A stretch of DNA of 64,000 nt from Deltaproteobacteria bacterium (lineage in GTDB: Bacteria > Desulfobacterota_D > UBA1144 > Nemesobacterales > CSP1-2), in NCBI GenBank assembly GCA_052390235.1, contig JBQTHB010000002.1:384001-448000 (forward strand), given 5' to 3'. Positions 60,344-64,000 of the stretch are shown here, one piece after another. The notes below the pieces were generated by a model. That model was not told the DNA's origin, ran no database searches, and was given only the letters and a program-made list of their open reading frames with translations. The translations under genes and the position numbers were made by a program. The stretch's first letter is position 1, and the number at the start of each line of letters is the position of its first letter.

Positions 60344-61594
60344 CTAGGATGACGCCCCTTCGATTTCCCTCAGAAGCTCCTGCGCAAGGGTTTTCATCTC
60401 TTCTGAAACTTCCTTTAGCTCCGGTTTTAGAGCTATATATGTTTCGAGGGCTTCGATAATCCCAGAGGCTTTAGAAATCTCCGTCTGCCGCCCCGCCCTT
60501 TGCTGGCTCTCGAATATGCTTTCAATTTTTATTGAGTGAGCGTCGCCGAGCAGTTCTCGGATTCTCTTCTCATCCGCCGCCTCTGACTCTCGGCTCAAAC
60601 CCCTGCGCCTGACCCTCACAACCGCCTCCGATACGCTATCTGCGCCAATTCGGGCGAGTATGGCTCTTTCAACCTCCCTGTCGTCTCCCTCGACATCTAT
60701 CGTAACGAACCTCCTCGCGGGGGTTTCAATGAATTCAAAATCGCACGTCCACCCCCCTACCGCCTCCTCCGATATTGTTCCCAGCACGAAACCCTTTTTC
60801 TCCTTTTCCTCTGAGAAATCAATCCTCTCGACGCTTCCTGAATAAATCACGGGCGGCGATGAGAGCTTATTGAGATTCTGAAACCTGTGTATGTGTCCGA
60901 GGGCGACGTAGGCGAACGCCGAATTCCTAAGCTCGCTTGCCGGTACTGCCGGGTCGGATATGAGCAGGGTTGATGCCTCCGTGCCTGAGCGCTCGGCTTC
61001 CCTGGTTGCCAGATGCCCTAGGAACAGCGCGGGGATGGATTTATCAATCCTCTCGGTGAAATCCCTGATAATTCCAATCAGCATCCGCTCCATCGCCGAT
61101 TGAAGCTCCTGTGGAGAGAGGGATTTGTACGCCTCTTTCGTAAGCAGAGCGCTCCGTCCTGCCCACGGCAGGCACGCCGCCTGAACCCACCCGCTCTTTG
61201 TCTCGATTCTAAGTAAATCCGGCTTCTTGGCAACGTGGACTCCCCTCAAGCCAAGCGCGGGGAATATCTCCACGGCGGCGGCTCTGCCAAATCCTCCGGC
61301 GTAGTCGTGGTTGCCGAGGACAATGACAACTCTACAGCTAGCTTCGTCGGCAAGCCTAGCAATACGCCTCGCAAATTCCGTCTCTTCGGTAGGGTGCGGG
61401 TTGCCTCGGTGAAAAACGTCTCCGGCGATGAGAACCAAATCCACGCACTCCCTCACCGCCGCATCAACAATAAAATCGAGCGAGCCGAGGACATCTTCGA
61501 GGCGGGTGTTTCTTCCCGTGCGCGGGTTGATTTTCCCGTGAGTTTCAAATCCGATGTGTAAATCTGAGAGGTGAATAAATTTGATGGGTTTCAA
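60344..61594 (-). CDS. sbcD: SbcD/Mre11 nuclease
   Basis: SDLHIG, AGDVF, GNHD, ALGHIH, YSGS. Confidence 0.88.
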   Translation of the reverse strand: MKPIKFIHLSDLHIGFETHGKINPRTGRNTRLEDVLGSLDFIVDAAVRECVDLVLIAGDVFHRGNPHPTEETEFARRIARLADEASCRVVIVLGNHDYAGGFGRAAAVEIFPALGLRGVHVAKKPDLLRIETKSGWVQAACLPWAGRSALLTKEAYKSLSPQELQSAMERMLIGIIRDFTERIDKSIPALFLGHLATREAERSGTEASTLLISDPAVPASELRNSAFAYVALGHIHRFQNLNKLSSPPVIYSGSVERIDFSEEKEKKGFVLGTISEEAVGGWTCDFEFIETPARRFVTIDVEGDDREVERAILARIGADSVSEAVVRVRRRGLSRESEAADEKRIRELLGDAHSIKIESIFESQQRAGRQTEISKASGIIEALETYIALKPELKEVSEEMKTLAQELLREIEGASS

Positions 61595-61663
61595 TTTTCT
61601 GGAGGGGTTTTAGCGGGGTAGGGGGGGACGCTCAGGCGACCCTCCCTCTTTTCCCTTTTAGTG

Positions 61664-62803
61664 TTACTCGGCACTGAAGATTTCGGCGGTTTTTCTTACT
61701 CCTGCTCCGAACTCAAAGCTGTGTCCGAGGTCACGAGCTACGCACTCAATGGCTGAGATGGCGGCAATGATGTCGGCTTTGTCAATGAATCCCATGTGCG
61801 AGATTCTAAAGATTTTGCCCTTTGCCTGATCCTGCCCTCCAGCAAGCGTCATGCCGAATCTATCCCTTAGCCCGCTTATGATTTTCCCTGCGTTTATCCC
61901 CGACGGGGCGACACCGGCTGTGAGGGCGGAGCTTGGGGATTTCTTCGCGTAGATTTCAAGCCCCATCGCCTTTATGCCCTCTCTAGTTCCCTCGGCGAGG
62001 CGGGCGTGGCGTTTGTGGACGCTTTCAATCCCCTCCGCTCTGAGATTGCGAAGCACCTGGGCAAGCCCTATGATGAGAGTTACCGGCGGAGTCCAAGGGG
62101 TTGTGTTGTCTTTTGCGTCCTTGAGGTATCGCTTAAAGTCGAAGTAGAATTTCGGAAGCGTGGATTTCTCTCTGAATCTCCAAGCCTTCTCGCTCATCGC
62201 CACGAACGCAAGCCCCGGCGGGAGCATGAACGCCTTCTGAGAGCCGGCAACCATGACGTCAATTCCCCACTCATCGAACTGGAGCGGGAACACCCCGACC
62301 CCCGTGATGCCGTCAACGATGAGAATAACGTCGTCCCTCTCGCGGGTGATTTCGGCTATCTGCTGCGTCGGGTGCATGACTCCGGTAGATGTTTCGCTCG
62401 CCTGAAGAAGCACGGCTTTGATTGAGAGGTCTCTGCTCAGAATATCCCGCACTTGGCTCGGATCAACCGCCTCGCCCCACTCAACGCCAATTTCCTGCGC
62501 CTCGACTCCGAAGGCTCTGCACATCTTTGTCCACCGCTCGCCGAACTTCCCCCCATTGACGACAAGCGCCTTATCGCCAGCCGAGAGGGTGTTAGCGATA
62601 GCCCCTTCCATTCCCCCCGTTCCCGAAGAGGCGAGGACGAAAACCTCTTGAGTAGTTTGGAAAATGTATTTAAGCCCTTCGCGCACTTCGCCGAATATGC
62701 TTTCAAATTCCGCCGTTCTGTGGTGAATTATCGGTCTTGCCATCTGCAGGAGGATCTCTTCGGGAACCGGCACGGGACCGGGCGTAAAAAGGTATTTCTT
62801 CAC
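61664..62803 (-). CDS. Class V PLP aminotransferase (serine-pyruvate/alanine-glyoxylate type)
   Basis: TPGP, SGTGGME, ETSTG, GSQKAFMLPPG. Confidence 0.9.
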   Translation of the reverse strand: MKKYLFTPGPVPVPEEILLQMARPIIHHRTAEFESIFGEVREGLKYIFQTTQEVFVLASSGTGGMEGAIANTLSAGDKALVVNGGKFGERWTKMCRAFGVEAQEIGVEWGEAVDPSQVRDILSRDLSIKAVLLQASETSTGVMHPTQQIAEITRERDDVILIVDGITGVGVFPLQFDEWGIDVMVAGSQKAFMLPPGLAFVAMSEKAWRFREKSTLPKFYFDFKRYLKDAKDNTTPWTPPVTLIIGLAQVLRNLRAEGIESVHKRHARLAEGTREGIKAMGLEIYAKKSPSSALTAGVAPSGINAGKIISGLRDRFGMTLAGGQDQAKGKIFRISHMGFIDKADIIAAISAIECVARDLGHSFEFGAGVRKTAEIFSAE

Positions 62804-63066
62804 TTTTTTTCTCCTTGTGTTTGGATAGAATTATAGAGCCGGTTAAGCCAAATGTTGAAACCCGCCAGGCTTAGCGACGAGAGAAACTTACCCAAATCGA
62901 GGAATAATTCAACTAACCCCAGCTTTCCCCGCGCCCCGGCTTGTGTTAATCTTACCGCGAAAACCCACATGGCGGGCCGCGTGTTTCAATGAAGCCAAAT
63001 TCGCCAAGCGCAGGGTTCATCGCCCGCCTAAATATTGAAAATAATTCGATGAGGAGATATAACCAA

Positions 63067-64000
63067 ATGCTGAACGAAAACAGGGATAAAATCCAAGACC
63101 TCAAGAAGAGGCTCGCCGTGCTTCGAGACTTTCTTTAACCTGCCTGCTAGAGAGTCCCGCATTCGAGAACTGGATAAAATCATAGCCGACGACGCCTTTT
63201 GGTCAGATGCCGAATCGGCCCAAAAGACGCTCAAAGAGCAGTCGCAGATTAAACACTCCATTGCCGAGATTGACGCTCTTGCCGGAAATCTCGAAGATGC
63301 CGAGATTCTCTGCGAGCTTTCATTTGAAGAGCAGGACGAGGCCACGGCAGAAGAGTCGCGGCATAAACTCGCGCAGATTGAAAAAAAGGTTGACGAGCTT
63401 GAATTCAAGCGCGTACTCGGCGGAGTGGACGACGGCAGAAACGCTATTGTTTCAATCAACGCCGGCGCGGGAGGCACGGAGGCTCAGGACTGGGCTGATA
63501 TACTGCTTCGGATGTACCTGCGCTATGCCGAGCGAAACCGCTACGAGGTTGAAATGCTAGACCATCAGCCGGGGGATGAAGCCGGACTCAAGGGAGCGAC
63601 TTTTTTCGTCAAAGGCGCTTACGCCTTCGGGTATCTCAAAGCCGAAAGCGGGGTGCATCGCCTCGTGAGAATTTCCCCGTTCGATGCCAATAAACGCAGG
63701 CACACCTCCTTTGCCTCGGTCTTTGTCTCGCCCGAAATTGATGACGACATCCAAATCGAGATTGATGAGAAGGATTTGCGGGTTGACACCTTCCGCGCAG
63801 GGGGCAAGGGAGGGCAGCACGTCAATAAAACCGATTCCGCCATTCGCATAACGCACCTCCCCAGCGGAATTGTAGTCGGCTGTCAAAACGAACGCTCTCA
63901 GCACCAAAACCGAGCCGTCGCCATGAAAGTGCTTCGCGCCAAACTCTACGAACTCGAAAAAGTAAAGCTCAAAGAGAAATTCGAGCAGTTCGAGGCGTCG
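63067..64000 (+). CDS. prfB: Peptide chain release factor 2, +1 programmed frameshift, 3'-partial
   Basis: 23-codon ORF ends CTT TAA at 63133-63138; +1 frame gives NLPARE...FWSD...[10 protein letters not shown]...[10 protein letters not shown]...GGQHVN. Confidence 0.95.

Overview
Gene-dense bacterial chromosome window, moderately GC-rich, with Gram-negative features (PEP-CTERM protein, outer-membrane protein, sigma-54 system). A deltaproteobacteria-like lineage such as Ca. Dadabacteria is my impression only and is not shown by the sequence. 0.2-12.5 kb is a probable zinc/metal-limitation island: DUF2946-like leader, OM protein, ZnuABC-type ABC transporter, Fur/Zur, FAD oxidoreductase, atypical FeoB-like GTPase-permease, ZIP, small Cys protein, COG0523 GTPase, WD40 protein and a frameshifted gene. 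22.6-31.1 kb is a surface-glycan cluster interrupted by a repeat-flanked PEP-CTERM gene with a consensus sigma-54 promoter and repeated palindromic activator sites. 32.1-34.4 kb holds two paralogous secreted precursors (signal peptide + conserved 32-aa pro-region ending EMQATxG + Gly/Leu-rich hydrophobic core), each with its own promoter and terminator, followed by an alternative sigma-70 factor; this is the most novel-looking locus. The rest is mostly housekeeping: nth, nuoJKL, gltX, pheT, ihfA, tilS, hpt, sbcD, two two-component systems and prfB with an unusual CTT-TAA frameshift site. Many genes appear leaderless. No rRNA, tRNA, CRISPR array or transposase was recognised. All family assignments come from motif recognition by eye, not database searches.
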